Assembly (NCBI GenBank): GCA_040954595.2 | Contig: CM082589.2 | Coordinates: 7,375,186 to 7,439,185, forward strand | From: Balanoglossus misakiensis | Taxonomy: Eukaryota; Animalia; Hemichordata | Direction of reading: 5' to 3' | Length of the DNA stretch: 64,000 nucleotides | Part shown: in pieces, positions 1 through 13,763 of the stretch | Numbering within the stretch: the first letter of the stretch is position 1 | How the letters are laid out: the number at the start of each line of letters is the position of its first letter | Translations under genes and position numbers: made by a program | Notes under the pieces: model-generated | Told to the model about the DNA's origin: nothing | The model's input: only the letters and a program-made list of their open reading frames with translations | Databases searched by the model: none

Positions 1-309
1 TATTAGAAGTATGAGCTGAGCTCGCAGCGCACGTGCAACTTGAAACATAATGAGAGTTACGTCAGTGATATCCCACCTGTGGAGACGCGCGCCGCCAACG
101 ACAAGAAGCCCACACTTTACTCATGTTATATTGCTCTGCAACTGTCTTTTTGTAGAATTATTGCAAATGTATATATCAATTACTTTGCTGTTGCCATTAA
201 TTTTCACGAAAGTGTTAACTGTAACAAGCAATCTTAATTTTATATCAAACTAGATTTTTTTTAACTTAAACTTGTGTGTGAAAAGTGATGTTTCCACATA
301 TAGATATAA

Positions 310-1108
<799 letters not shown>

Positions 1109-1348
1109 AATTAACAAAAGATGTTAATACAGAATGTAAACCCTTTAATCCAAACAGTTGCATGCGTGACACCACAGGGAATGAATTCGTATTGTTTATT
1201 TGCATTTCAAGGCCTCCGCCCATTTGCAGTGGACTTACACGTCAAAAATTTCAAATAAATTAACAGTTCAGTATCCAATAATTAGTCTGTAATTAACGAA
1301 CAGGATTGTCATCATTTAAATTAAAAATAATTTCTTTTCGCATTTGAA

Positions 1349-2902
1349 ATGTATGTATGTATGTATGTATGTATGTATGTATGTATGTATGTATGTATGT
1401 ATGTATGTATGTATGTATGTATGTATGTATGTATGTATGTATGTATGTATGTATGTATGTATGTATGTATGTATGTATGTATGTATGTATGTATGTATGT
1501 ATGTATGTATGTATGTATGTATGTATGTATGTATGTATGTATGTATGTATGTATGTATGTATGTATGTATGTATGTATGTATGTATGTATGTATGTATGT
1601 ATGTATGTATGTATGTATGTATGTATGTATGTATGTATGTATGTATGTATGTATGTATGTATGTATGTATGTATGTATGTATGTATGTATGTATGTATGT
1701 ATGTATGTATGTATGTATGTATGTATGTATGTATGTATGTATGTATGTATGTATGTATGTATGTATGTATGTATGTATGTATGTATGTATGTATGTATGT
1801 ATGTATGTATGTATGTATGTATGTATGTATGTATGTATGTATGTATGTATGTATGTATGTATGTATGTATGTATGTATGTATGTATGTATGTATGTATGT
1901 ATGTATGTATGTATGTATGTATGTATGTATGTATGTATGTATGTATGTATGTATGTATGTATGTATGTATGTATGTATGTATGTATGTATGTATGTATGT
2001 ATGTATGTATGTATGTATGTATGTATGTATGTATGTATGTATGTATGTATGTATGTATGTATGTATGTATGTATGTATGTATGTATGTATGTATGTATGT
2101 ATGTATGTATGTATGTATGTATGTATGTATGTATGTATGTATGTATGTATGTATGTATGTATGTATGTATGTATGTATGTATGTATGTATGTATGTATGT
2201 ATGTATGTATGTATGTATGTATGTATGTATGTATGTATGTATGTATGTATGTATGTATGTATGTATGTATGTATGTATGTATGTATGTATGTATGTATGT
2301 ATGTATGTATGTATGTATGTATGTATGTATGTATGTATGTATGTATGTATGTATGTATGTATGTATGTATGTATGTATGTATGTATGTATGTATGTATGT
2401 ATGTATGTATGTATGTATGTATGTATGTATGTATGTATGTATGTATGTATGTATGTATGTATGTATGTATGTATGTATGTATGTATGTATGTATGTATGT
2501 ATGTATGTATGTATGTATGTATGTATGTATGTATGTATGTATGTATGTATGTATGTATGTATGTATGTATGTATGTATGTATGTATGTATGTATGTATGT
2601 ATGTATGTATGTATGTATGTATGTATGTATGTATGTATGTATGTATGTATGTATGTATGTATGTATGTATGTATGTATGTATGTATGTATGTATGTATGT
2701 ATGTATGTATGTATGTATGTATGTATGTATGTATGTATGTATGTATGTATGTATGTATGTATGTATGTATGTATGTATGTATGTATGTATGTATGTATGT
2801 ATGTATGTATGTATGTATGTATGTATGTATGTATGTATGTATGTATGTATGTATGTATGTATGTATGTATGTATGTATGTATGTATGTATGTATGTATGT
2901 AT
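1349..2902. repeat. (TATG)n microsatellite, ~1.55 kb, essentially perfect
   Basis: Directly visible; degenerates over about 2903-2925. Confidence 0.99.
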
Positions 2903-2936
2903 CTATGTATTATCTATGTATGTATCTTTGGCTTAC

Positions 2937-3827
2937 CTGCACACGGCGGTCCAAGCACAACTCCTATTGCAACAAATGGGTTGCAAAGACCAATTGCAGC
3001 TGTTACCATTTCAGGACCAACTATATCTTTAATCACTTGTACTGACAGCGCAAAAACATTCCACTTAGGAATCCAACAGTAAATGCGTAAGTTGTGTACA
3101 ATTCATACGTTGTACAGAACATGCTGAAAACGTTTGCAATTCCAGCCAGTAGAAAAGCTAATCCAAACCAAAGGGCGCTGGTCATACTTCTGCATCCAAA
3201 ATGAAGAACCACGGGAATAGACAATCTCCCAACAATACTACCAATGCCGGACACTGACACCATTAAGGCGATGTCCTGCTTGTTTCCGAGCTGCCAGTCG
3301 TCAGCGCGTGCGATAAGGTGAACAGGGGTCCCGGTATAGCCAGCACCAATGCCAAAGAAGAAAGCTAAACATAAAATTATAAACGTCGAATGTTTTTCAA
3401 ATAGCGTACATCCAAATCTGTCGCACATCTTCCACGCAGGCGCGCGTCTTTCCTTAATGATTACGTCATTCTCTACATCTTTATCGTTCCCTGCATTGTC
3501 GTTTCTTCCAAACTCGGGTGTTTTGAACAGTATAGCACACGCTGCCATTTGCGCGTTGACCGCAGTAAATACAACGAGGGCGCCTCTCCATCCGTAGAAA
3601 GCTATAAGATTTTGTATCAACGACGACAGCAAAAATGCACCTGTACCCGATCCCGTCTGTACCAGAGCATTAGCCAGGGAATACCTCTTCTTAATATAAA
3701 GCGGCACTATTCCCAAAGATGTTGATAACACCAGACCATGTCCTATACCTTAGACAAATTATAAAAGGAACTATACTGAGAACCAATAGCTTTCATACCA
3801 AAACAATGTTTTTTACATAATGGAAAT

Positions 3828-3878
<51 letters not shown>

Positions 3879-3893
3879 TTTTTTATTTATTTT

Positions 3894-3972
<79 letters not shown>

Positions 3973-6900
3973 TTTGTTTATTTATTTGTTTGTTTGTTTG
4001 TTTGTTTGTTTTCACTTTTAACGAGCGTCCGATTTACCCATGGAGGAAGCATAAAAGACAAGAAGCGAAAATAAATCAAAGTTCACCAAAACATAAATTA
4101 CGGCTTAGACGTAACGGATTGACCGTTGGCGTCTCAAACCTGACTGTTTCTGACAAAATAACGGCAGGTATTAATGACAAAAGGATCGGCAACGGAAAAA
4201 TGAAGCATGGTCTGAACAATGGGCAAGTGGTATAACTTTTGTTGTCCTCATGCATGCGTGTATGTTGTTTTTCCGTTCATTCAAATATCAAGCATGTATG
4301 ATGTGTGAATATCGTGATTATCTACCGAGAAGAATAAATGTTTTCACTTACCAACGAGGATTCCAAAACTAAAGTACAGAACATCCACACTTGGGGCAAA
4401 CGCACTCAAAAAAAGTCCAGTCGAAGATATCACTGCGCCCAAAACAACTGTCAACCGGAAACCAATTTTCTTGACAATGACGGTCGTAATGGGTCCTATA
4501 TTTGTTAGAAGTACATGTAATTTCAGACGTTATCAGCAGTTACCTTGTATGTCTATGCCATAGCAACATTGGAGTTTTGAGTTGCACGCGTTCGTGCATT
4601 CTCCGTACAGAGATTGTAGCTATAACCTAGCCATGCAGTCAGCTAGATTAGAATTATCAACGCGCTGCAATCTCTGTACGGAGGAATGGCGTTCGTGTTA
4701 GCAACATTCAATTCTCCCTACCTTAAATAGGTTTTAAGCTACCTAAGTGAGTGATGAAAATCTCATATGGTCGACACAATTTCAAGATGGCCGATTTCTG
4801 TCATGTTTAAGAAATGGGAGTTCATAAGCTAAAGTGATGATGGGTCATTCTGAAACTTTCTAACAGAAAAAAAATAACAAAATGTGAAAAAAAAGTGTAA
4901 TGAGTTTAATATGGTAACTACAAAGACAGACATATTTGACCAAAGGAAGTCATGAAATACAGTAAACATGTCATTTCTTCTATCTCTTACTACAGTGGGT
5001 TGTCGACTTTTAGCCCAGAATGCAATGTGATTTGACCCCTAGCGCAAAGCGAAAACCTATGGCAGCCAGAATTGTCACCACAAGTCAATTCGACGTTTTA
5101 GCGAAGGACACGTGAAGAAAAGCTATGTGCGATTAATTACGTGTCTGTCACCAAAATATTCATTAATATCCACTGGTTTACAGTTTCTACATTAGTAAAT
5201 TAGTTGACCAACGATTGGTGTGATATTAAACCTGATATTAATTAAACTGTCAGGGCGGTATTCCACTGGCACAAACGTAACGCTCACATTCCAAAATGCT
5301 ATGCAGGGTTCTACTGTATGAGTATAACCTCTGGCCTGTACGTACTTATGATCAAATATTGACAAACTTAGTGGGCAATAAATGGATATAAAGTAGCCAT
5401 TCTATTAGACTACTAAAAGAATCTTTTGAAGATATTCATTAATACATTTACTGATTTAAGAGAAGTTTATAATTCTCTCATTGTAACTTTCATCTAATCG
5501 ACTTCTTTCCTTGGCACAACCTATCACGAATTTCAAGTAGAACTTTCCTCTTAAGAAAACATGTCATAGTAAGTAGACATTGATTTACTGAATGATGAAG
5601 GTCATTCATGCAATGAATGTTCAAACGTGACACATTAGCCTTTCTACCTTTTTTGAACTTTAACATTTTGTCAATCAAATGTCAACTTGCTACAGACTGG
5701 TAAACATTAGTCAACTGATTAAGCTCACAGCATATACCGGATCGTTTTCGGGACAGCTCAATTCATGCAGGCTCCCAATCCTTAAATCATCCAGTTTGTC
5801 ATTTTAATGTGGCTTTATATGGCACAGACCGTAATAAAATAGTACTGCGAAGGAAATTAATTTATTTTAATATTCATGTTAGTTATCTAATCTCATATTT
5901 GTAAACGCAAAAAACAAAAAAAAAACAAAAACAAATATGTTTCAAGATGTGACGTAACGTATAAAATATGCAATTCTTAAGACTCTTTCAAAATTCGGTT
6001 AGTTTAGGCTCTTGGTTCAGTAATTATGAGATATGAACTGCATAAGCAACTTCTATTGACTGTAAGCAACATAATTAATGTACTCCTGCCAAGAGAGTGT
6101 CATACAACAATGAAACTATGTGATATATGTATTATACGTGATGACCAACCTTGCCCTGTTATCTCACCTGAGTTTGATATATTACGACAACCCAAACAGC
6201 AAACCAATTCATCTCTTCCAAATTTCATCTAATGTCAATAAAATGTCAACTTGCTATATTTATTTCAAGGTTGCCGAACATTCCACTGGGTAGTATTCGT
6301 TTCAACGTAGACGTTCGATGTGTTTTGTTGTTGTTGTTTGCTTTCTGTGACAACCATTCAAAAGTCCGGTTAGAAAATGACTTCGCGTGGACCCGAACTG
6401 TTAATGTAGGTACGTGTACAGAGAGCAAATAAGAGCAGTTGATTTTTTAAAAACACAACCAGTGGGGATTTCAAAAGCAAAAAAAAGGATCTACGACTAA
6501 TTCAGGCTATTCAGGAACTCACAACACCACTCAATGCAACTTTTGCACGGGTGTAATCAGCACACGTTCAAAATACATATAGTTGTCCTATAATTTGAGT
6601 CGTGCTGGCGGGAATCTCAACACGCATTTCATCTTTAATCCCAATAACTATAAATCCGTCAAAACGCTGGCCATGAAACAATGGCAACACACTCGCGTAG
6701 ACTTTACATACTGTTACTATGGTGCTTTAATCTCTTTCAAAATCCGATGGTCTGAAGTAATTTCCTTATATTTTACTTCTTGCTTTCGCACCATTTGGTC
6801 TCTTCATTGCCATGTGATGTTTGTGATTATTGAGGAGCTATGTAAAATTCACCCATGCAATATTTCATGATGAGACTTCCGCCTCCCCTCCCCTGCCCCA

Positions 6901-7184
6901 TCCCGCTGTATTGCTTTCCTTCTTTTTAGTAGAATTTCACCGCCACCATTCAGAAACCTACCTAGGCACATTTTCAGACTTGATTGCAACGCTATTATCC
7001 ATGATACTCTCGCTGAACTTGCTTCGAATGTGTGCTGTATGGCGACGAAGAATAGCCCTACGGCCACATGCATACCGAACACGAAAATACAACAAACGTG
7101 GCTGCCCAGAACGATTAGCCAAGCACGGGCACCACCGTCTCGCATTTCGCCGACTTTTGCGGGCTTTGCTGCTGTTTGAACCAT
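2937..7184 (-). pseudogene. SLC16/monocarboxylate transporter family paralog A; frameshifted and lacking a visible last exon (pseudogene or assembly error)
   Basis: Exons 7184-6962 (MVQTAAKP...RDGGARAWLIV, a variant of the MCT DGGWGW motif), 4495-4352 (144 bp, GPITTVIVKKIGFRLTVVLG) and 3748-2937 (YIKKRYSLANAL, FYGWRGAL, GRL), all with GT/AG. Exon 3 is 812 bp. Adding one T to the run at 3052-3056 restores FALSVQVIKDIVGPEMVTAAIGL...LGPPCAG, collinear with paralog B. No GLIYD-type terminal exon was found downstream. Confidence 0.85.
3826..4011. repeat. (TTTA)n/(TTTG)n microsatellite
   Basis: Directly visible in intron 2 of MCT paralog A. Confidence 0.95.
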
Positions 7185-8664
7185 GTTTGGTATAATATTA
7201 GTGCGCGTTTGACACTGTCGCAAAGCTCCTGTCTGCGCGTCCAATGATAAAATTGTCTGACCCCCGAAAGTCCTTGTACAGCTGTCAAGAGAACTGTTTA
7301 CGTAAGCGATAACATTACGTTGCATTTATTAGGGTAGTTAGCCCGTGTTGAATGATCACATCGACAGCGAAAAAATAATCTGGCATACTAAAATAGAGAG
7401 ACGATTGACGCATGAGCTACCTTGGGACACTCAGGACAAGTTCTTTATTGCAAATATTGATAGTCCATAAATGACTTGGGACAGAAATTTAGCCGTGAAA
7501 TAGTGTATCATGTGTATCCAACGCCGTAACCGGAACTGGATACAACCCCCGAGCTTCTCCGTATTTTTTGTTATGATCCACTACAGTGACTGTCTGAGTG
7601 ACTGTATAACGTAGGCAAGTTTCCACACAGAGTTTCTCGGCCTTTTGTTACTCGCCTAGGGGAACTAAAGACTTACACATGTAGTCGATAGAGATATTTT
7701 TTAATCAACATTGTTTTTAAAACGTTCATATATGTGAAAACTAAGTTAAATATCGGAAGCAACTCAAAATCTTCCGAATATTTGGAAAAGGATGTGACAT
7801 ATGAATACAGTAATGACAATGGTGTAAACCCAAGGGAAGTTGCAAAACATACTTGACTTTCAGGATATGGTACGTAAAATGTTGAGAGAACACCTCACCC
7901 CCCCCCCCCTCCTCCACCTGGTGTCATCGGCAGACATGGTCACATGAGTCGTGGACTGAATCATTTGCATCTACAACTTTTAAGGATACATTTAGCTTTT
8001 TAATGAAAGAAAATAGCAGGGCTACAATATACCTTTGATGACAAAATATACACTCCACCACATGTCTGGGTCCAAAATATTGACCCAAAATTTATTTCGA
8101 AAAGATAGTTACTGATCTTCGATACAATTACACCACCAAGCACTTTATACACAAGCGGTATTATAGCAGTTGTATTTTTAAGTTATCGCTATAGCAATTG
8201 TTCTAAATGCAAATTTTTTAATCAACGATTTGTCATTTGTTCTCATTAATGTGTTAAACTGGTAATATTATGGTGAACTACAAAATTTCTTTGGAAGGTA
8301 CTTTTTTCTTAAATTAACACATGCCAAGCAAATCAAAAGGAAATGATATTCGTATTGAACCTTGACCTATACGCCTCGGTTCATTTTTGTGAGAGATCCC
8401 TTATAATCTGTTACCGTTTGTATTGGACAACTTCACTTAATACGTCTCCGCCAAACATGAATAAAAAAGATTCAAAAATCATGTGAGGAGTACCTTAGGG
8501 TAAAATGGAATTTTGATAATTTTATTGACCTGTTTTATTGATATAGACGGATTAAAGATACATTTTTAATCTTGAAATAAATTTGAATCAATTCAACTTG
8601 AACACTGCTGCCATTGTGCAACCAACAAAGGCCACAACGGAACACAAACTATAAGACTAGTTTT

Positions 8665-10715
8665 CTACTTAATAATCACAATATTTTCATCTTCTTTGGG
8701 CATAAAGAAATTATCGCCGATCTTGTAACAGCATTCCTCTTTCAAAAATTTCATGAAATCGTCGAATATTTCTTTGGGTGTATCCTGTCTGAAGTTGTGG
8801 ACTTGAGTCAGGAAATCAAGCAACGCATTCCCGTCCTTAGAGTCTTCTTTGAAGCACTCGTCAATGCAGACATCGAAGTTTGCGTGGCTTGCTACAGTGA
8901 TCTTAACGTTCGGCATTCGACGCTGTATCATCTCTCGAAGCGTAGCAGATCCAAATTTGGTTACCAAGGGGTCAGCAGTTATATTTGCAATTCGCAGAAA
9001 AATCTTCTCCCAGGCGCCTAAAAGAGACAAATACTGTAACATAACTTCTGCTCGTGAGTAAAGTATATTGTGTACGGCACATACCTTTTCTTTGGCATAG
9101 CAAAATCTTCACAAATACCGAAAAAAATAATATCGGTATAGTCATTATGCCGTTAGTCCAACCATGCACCCTAATTCTCAGGGTATATGTAACTTTGAAC
9201 ACAGTGTGGATAAAACGATGTTTGAATGAATTTTATCGATCAGCGAACGCGATTAAAACGATTGCTTCATTGATAATGTTGCTGTGCATGTGTGAGACCT
9301 TTCAGACTTTGCTTACCCAAAGTCATCAAATTGAATAACATCCCATCGGAGTTTAGCAGTCCGTAGAGTTCTGCAAAGACGTCCTCAACGTTGATGAAAT
9401 GATAGGCACTGTGTTGGAGATGAATGACGTCGAACCTGTTCTGAATCTTCCCTGCTTTAGCATCTGCGAGGTAACTTTCAACAGTTCCCGGGCGATGGAA
9501 TTCGAAATTGGCATTCTTCCAGAGGCCTTGTTCCTGTTTAGACGCCACCAACGTCTTGTACTTGTTAACTTCACTTTCCGCGGGTTCCGCAACATAAAAG
9601 TTGATGTGGTGATATTTGCCACACAACGTGTCAATTATGGGAATATCGCTGTTACCTGTTGGGTGATGGAAATTTGGACCTTCACTCACTGTCACAATGA
9701 AAATGCAAAATCTAGAAACAGAGCATATTAATAACATCATGCAGTTTTCTGGTCCAAAATATACGGAATTACTAATTAATTACACTTCAACATTGAAAAG
9801 TTAGTCAGATTGATTATTACCATTTTTCGAAAGACAGTATACATTGGCCTAAAATTAGGTTTTGTCGAGAAAAATATTCTAGTCTATTGCCAGACCAAGC
9901 TTTAAGGTCACCAGCATCATGGGGAAACATAACATTCAAAGGTTACTGTACAAAGCAAGTCATTTACTAATTTGACATTGATAGGTAGGGGGCTGAGATG
10001 ACTGTAGGCATTTTTCTAAGAAATTGAATATTTCTCAATGTTTTTTTATTGTTGTTATGTATCCATTGTAAAGCATTCGACATGTTTAAAGAATAACTGA
10101 TTTGAACGATTTAATTTTCACATTAAGCGGAACTTGTGACATCAATAACACAGACTTTCAAATAGACAAAACCACATTCAAACTCACACAATGAGGGATA
10201 GAAACACACAGGAATGGGTGTTACATTAATTCTAGAGGTGGTGTAAAATGGCAGAACTTTATTACCTCTGTGAGCAATCTGTGGCGTACAGAAATTATGT
10301 TCACGAGTTATGCGGCGTAGTCTGCGGCAATATTTTCACGAGCGTAGCGAGTGAAAGAACGGCAGAATACTCCACGTAACATTAAATCTCGGGAATCATT
10401 CGTTGAACACGATTATACAATTATACTCTTTATATATACATGTTCTTTCGCGAACTATATTACTCTATACTTCTTTGATTAACTATATTTATGAGTTCAA
10501 AATAAGATAACATTATACTCACCATCTCCTGTTCCTATACCAAGCACTTGTAACTCAGAATGTTTGTCTCCCCTGAACTCAAACCTTTCAAAGGTGCCTC
10601 TCGTATTTTTCTCCCTTTCTTCCAAATACAGGTTGTGTGTGTCACACTTCCAAAATGTAGCCAGCCCCTTAAAGTAATCCTCGGGGAAACGAACAAGCGC
10701 CTTCAAATCTTGCAT
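8665..10715 (-). CDS. Histamine N-methyltransferase-like class I SAM-dependent methyltransferase (~294 aa, 3 exons)
   Basis: Exons 10715-10523, 9655-9317 and 9017-8665 have phase-consistent GT/AG junctions (885 bp in total). Motifs: SAM motif I VLGIGTGDG, VAEP, RFDVIHLQHSAYH, LYGLLNSDGML, and the HNMT-type C-terminal IDECFKEDSKDGNALLDFLTQVHNF. Confidence 0.88.
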
Positions 10716-10763
10716 CGTGCTGTTGAATAACAGAATGGTCACATCAGTAATACAATCGATGTG

Positions 10764-10889
<126 letters not shown>

Positions 10890-13763
10890 ATGGTTTAATT
10901 TTTATTTTATTATAAGAGAGTAATATGTGAACATATACCAGCATGTTGATGTATCTAGTTTATTTTTACCAGGTGTGAACTGAATGTCCTCACGTGATAG
11001 GTGATGAATCTATTTGGGGCGTCGATTCACTGACTTGTTTGAGGTCAGTGTGACATGTGGGCGACACACGCGTCGCAGAACTATGCGAGAACCCGACAGA
11101 ATCAGCTATACATTGTGATAAAGTACTCTGAACAGACTCTTGGTTAAATTGAAACTTTCATGCAATAACAACGAGTTGATCATAGCACCGAGCAATTGCT
11201 AAGTACATCGCCAATCCAGATATGAAGGTATGGCCGTGTAACGCCGGGAACACACAGACCAGATATTGATCTGAAACTAGTTCGGCATTCAATTGTATAT
11301 TTGACCAATATGCAAAATTATTGCGCTGAATTTTATGATTGTCGTGAAATAGATTACACGGAATAAAAACACGCTTTGCAGTCTCTCGGCAATTTAATGC
11401 TAATTTTCATTATTAATACATTTAATCAGGTCGGGTCAACTCGAAGCAATCTTGCGATATCGCTAAAACAGAAACATACTTTGTTTGTTTGTCTGCCGGT
11501 GTCGTTCTCAATGTGGTAGTTCGATTAGTTTAGTTCTGAGTCATAGCCTAGACAAAACGTTTCGTCCTAAAAATAGGCCTAATTAAGGTTTCCATCTACA
11601 AAACGTTTAAAGCACAGAGGATCTGGACAGAACACAGAAAACCATGCAATACTATTGCGAAATTTAACTGAATCAACTGAATTGACTACCAAATAATATA
11701 AATATCTCAAAAATCCTACTCACGGAATCCGATGAACACTGTACTTCGGGATACCGCGTTAACAGCACAAGGAATCTATAGTTTGATCCACAATGAAGAA
11801 TAAATAACGTATCATCTGGGGTCCCTAAGTTTTGTCTGCGAGGGGTTCCAAGGCCCCCTAAATTCCCAACAAAAGTGTTGTCACCTGTTTGTCATCCTAT
11901 TATTAAACACTATAAACAGGCTGAAAGATAACCGAGCTCTCGGCGTACAATCAATGTACAAGCAGAAGCCGGGACATTTTCTCTCTTCGCTTTGGTAAGG
12001 TTGTCTTACACACAAATTGTGGACTAAATAAAAGAATTTAAAGAATTAAAACGTTATATTGACATTGTTTACTTTTCTTTTCTATTTTTGTGTGGTTTAT
12101 TTACTACATTCAGCATTAGCTTCGATGGGAGAATAATACCTAGTTTTCGCTTACATGGATTCTGTTTTACACACTCTGCAACGTTGCTTCACAAAATGCA
12201 ACCCACTACAACTTGTCGATTTCGGATAAATATGTTTGCACTGAAATACGTGTTAAAGCTACATGTACGTCCACAGTGAGATCACCTCTCATGATGCTTC
12301 AATATCTATTAAAGCCGAAAGTGCGCCGTGTACATGAATGTGTTTAAATGTTTCCATGACGACTTGCACCACGTTTCCACAACGACTTAAACATCAGTTT
12401 AATTGGCTAATATCCAAATACATGGTTCCACTATATGTATATGAATGGGCACAACTTAAAATTAGATCGCGTATGACGTCAGTCGACATAATTACCTACT
12501 TTTGTAAAAAATATAAGCCTCAGGCTACATTCAATGTTAATGGACAGGGTGGGCCGAATAAACTGGAATAACAGTGGGTACCGGGTGACTATAAATGTCT
12601 GTATAAACAGGACTAAGCGGAATCTTCCCGATGTCAGTGTTTGCAGTAAATTCACCTTCTTCAGAAATAGAACACGTTGTGAAACGCTGATTATGGTGAA
12701 AATACAAGTCTATAAATTGTATAATAGGATAGCAATAACCACTCCGCCGCAGTTGGGCATAAACTCGGATTGGGCACAATTCGCTCCACATTCATTTAGC
12801 CCTCGCCTAGCGCGCGGTTCGCGCAATTACTAGTATATCGCCAAATCTAGTGTATACCCGCCTGCGCCGGGGGTTATTGCTTGATATTAGAAGAGTTTCA
12901 TAGTAAAATTGAGATCGGTGACGGTGGAGTAACGTCAGATGATATAGCGGCTTTGCATGTTTGAGTACATGTAGGTCGGTTGATATGAGACGCTATTTTT
13001 AAATTAGTCCAAATGTTTAAAAAACATTCTCATGAGGAGCGGGAGAGAAATAGGTATTTTATTTAGAAAAAAATGTGGAAAAGTTTATCTTTCGGAAACT
13101 GCGTATAGAGTAAGTTTTGATAACATTCTGAGATCAACTGGTTTATGCTGGACCATAAGCTTTCGGAGACGTGTGGTTTCCTCAGTTGTCAAATGCAAAA
13201 TGGAATGGACAGAAAAGCTGGGAATCCTGGGGTATTCAAAGGGAAAAATGTAGTCCAGTAGCAGGTGTGTCAGAAAACAAAAGGGGAGTGAAGGTGTGAG
13301 ATAAGACCATGGACGTGTTAATGAAATGCAAATAGGGAATACACATGAGGGAGGCTGTGTTACAAGACTACAGTGATTTGGAATTAGAACAGTCTCGGTA
13401 CAGTCCCATGTTCACACAGTCGAAATGTGCGATTAATTTCAGTTGATAATTCTTCCAAGACCCCACTCCCTTCAAACGCACTGTACGGTCCCTCATAAAA
13501 GAGAAGAATTCCGATTGATTTTTTTCCCTTTGTTCATTTCCCCGAATCGACAATGATATAAAAAACCTGGCAAATAACCCCAAGTCACACCCAAAAATGT
13601 TGCTGCCTGGCCAACGATTGGACGGCTGTCAAACCACGTGATCTTGACAGATTCCCAGTGGCACGCGCCGCGTGTGGTGTTCATTTGGCGAAACGCTTCA
13701 CTTGGCAGCCGCGATGGTTATTCACACACACATTCTCACGCAAACGAACTGAATTTGTGAAGA

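Noticed and set aside
1344-3082. Long ORFs of 560-577 aa (MYVC repeats), and likewise 15471-17087, 20941-21235 and 27255-28335
   Set aside because: These are translations of (TATG)n/(TACA)n microsatellites, which contain no stop codons in any frame.
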